Source: an archaeon
GTDB lineage: Archaea; Nanobdellota; Nanobdellia; Pacearchaeales; GW2011-AR1
Direction of reading: 5' to 3'
Length of the DNA: 46,152 nucleotides
Assembly: GCA_043810285.1 (NCBI GenBank)
Contig: JBDROH010000013.1
Location: 1 to 46,152, forward strand
Part shown: positions 46,012 through 46,152 of the stretch, piece after piece
Layout: each line of letters starts with the position of its first letter
Position numbering within the stretch: the first letter of the stretch is position 1
The notes under the pieces: model-generated
Databases searched by the model: none
Told to the model about the DNA's origin: nothing
Seen by the model: the letters and a program-made list of their open reading frames with translations, nothing else
Position numbers and translations under genes: made by a program

Positions 46012-46152
46012 GGCTCTGTTGAAAAAGTCCTCAGGGAAAAATTACTTAATCCCTGAAGACCTTGTAATACTGAGAGGTATTACATGAAAAAAGAAGTGAA
46101 AATTCTTAAAAAGCTTAACGGCTTGCTAAAACAACTTTCTTGCCCGCATTAT
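46012..46152 (+). mobile_element. Left end of a probable second IS (partial transposase ORF from 46084)
   Basis: GGCTCTGTTGAAAA IS-like end, hairpin TCAGGGA/TCCCTGA, GAGGT leader; MKKEVKILKKLNGLLKQLSCPHY resembles, from recall, N-termini of DPANN IS5-like transposases. Runs off the window. Confidence 0.55.

Overview
AT-rich archaeal contig, most consistent with a DPANN (Pacearchaeota/Woesearchaeota-like) genome. Support: archaeal ribosomal proteins L35Ae and L10e, an archaeal-type GluRS, a tRNA-Tyr with C1:G72, and mostly leaderless genes with a TATA box about 20-25 nt before the ATG. The backbone encodes a P-type ATPase, a Kef-type antiporter, a form II/III RuBisCO, two nucleotidyltransferase paralogues, a DEAD-box helicase, two RbgA/YlqF GTPases, desulfoferrodoxin, a HerA/VirB4-like ATPase, PEP synthase and GluRS. 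Three accessory elements stand out. (1) A ~10 kb array (21.5-31.8 kb) of more than 20 co-oriented, mostly short genes with strong Shine-Dalgarno leaders and GC-rich intergenic hairpins. It includes a bacterial-type SerA, lipoprotein and outer-membrane beta-barrel, an exactly reused 24-bp RBS/start module and an exactly duplicated 42-bp terminator. (2) An intact 4,087-bp transposon (41915-46001) with perfect 26-bp terminal inverted repeats and a 9-bp target duplication, carrying an IS6-like transposase, a zinc-ribbon gene, a HARE-HTH gene and a fused BcgI-like restriction-modification gene; a second IS appears to start 1 bp beyond it. (3) A truncated integrase behind tRNA-Tyr. All calls come from reading the sequence and from motif recall; no searches or computations were run.
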